Program-made: the position numbers and the translations under genes
The notes under the pieces: model-generated
What the model was told of the DNA's origin: nothing
Seen by the model: the letters and a program-made list of their open reading frames with translations, nothing else
The model's database searches: none
Part shown: one piece after another, positions 63,220 through 64,000 of the stretch
Numbering within the stretch: the first letter of the stretch is position 1
Layout: every line of letters begins with the position of its first letter
Assembly: GCF_001194135.2 (NCBI RefSeq)
Contig: NC_068982.1
Location: forward strand, 166,269,378 to 166,333,377
DNA: 64,000 nt
From: Octopus bimaculoides
Lineage: Eukaryota
Direction: 5' to 3'

Positions 63220-63729
63220 TACATTTCCTTTATTCAAATATCATTACACTCATTATAAATGCCTAATTATTAATGATAGTTCATCACCTCCAACATACTT
63301 CACATAGCGATGTCGCGTCCCCGATGTCGCGTTCTACGTTCGGGACATTACAAAGTATTTCACGTCTCTTACAAAGAGCTTTCTCGCATTACTGGGGTGG
63401 AGTATTCACTATATATATATATATATATATATAGCTATGGGTTAAACAAAGGCAACAGTGAATAAAACAACCACAACAACCCGTAGGATTTTAGATGTGT
63501 ATTGATATAAATGGATGGCATAAAACACACAGATCGAAGGCAGCTCAAAGCTGTTATAACCATTTGAGTCCAAAACACAACAAGCTGTGACAAATAGTTA
63601 ACATGTACCACGTCCTCGCGTTGTTTTTTGTTTGTTCTTGGTTTTCTTGGATTTACTATATATATAGAGAGAGAGAGAGAGTTATTAATATTTCTAAGTC
63701 TCTCTAAAGGAGACTACGACAGCGGTACT

Positions 63730-64000
63730 GGAAATTAATAGTTATCGCCAAGCCAACATGGCAGTCCCAAAATTAGGACGAAAGCTGCCGTGAATTAGCT
63801 CCAAGAAGCCATCGCCTCTAGCTAGCTATGTGACACACGAACCTGTGTCCTTTATAACCTTCGAACAGGGGAGGTCAGCAGTGTCCCCCTGCTGGTTTGG
63901 CATCTGCAGACTAGTTTCAGGGTGTTGCCCCTTGTCAATGCATAGCAGCCAAGCCCTAGCCAGGCGGCGCTGCTGACTGCCTGTTCGAAAGTTATTTATC
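63730..64000. repeat. GC-richer segment, probably the 5' part of an unidentified retroelement running off the window
   Basis: Abrupt rise in GC and several local stems (atggcag/ctgccgt, cagcag/ctgctg). No diagnostic motif. Confidence 0.3.

Noticed and set aside
63774-63795. GTCC-caaaatta-GGAC-GAAA, resembling a hammerhead stem II plus GAAA
   Set aside because: The obligatory CUGANGA is not present upstream (sequence is aacatggca). HDV-like and twister folds also could not be drawn convincingly.

Overview
AT-rich eukaryotic genomic DNA with eight N gaps, mostly next to (TA)n/(CA)n/(CT)n microsatellites. The SINE types, Penelope load and microsatellite density suggest a cephalopod (Octopus-like) draft assembly; this is inference from recalled repeat families, not a database result. 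I found no intact host protein-coding gene, rRNA gene or convincing tRNA gene. The window is a dense layer of decayed transposable elements. Retroelements: two Penelope-like elements (PLEs) with RT and GIY-YIG motifs, two RLE-type LINE fragments, CR1-like fragments and at least five tRNA-derived SINE families. DNA elements: six Tc1/mariner relics, two hAT MITEs and a Merlin-like MITE. The most notable observation is a roughly 290-bp tRNA-Arg-like SINE whose 3' half contains a PLE-type minimal hammerhead ribozyme motif. It occurs as two insertions with 12-bp TSDs, and one has a PLE-style inverted tail copy nested inside a PLE. Other highlights are a DD34E Tc1 transposase with a 117-nt GT-AG intron, a Merlin-like MITE with a central (CCCTAA)/(TTAGGG) palindrome, and two SINEs with different heads and bodies but a shared 3' module. 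All translations and alignments were done by eye, and boundaries of old relics are approximate.
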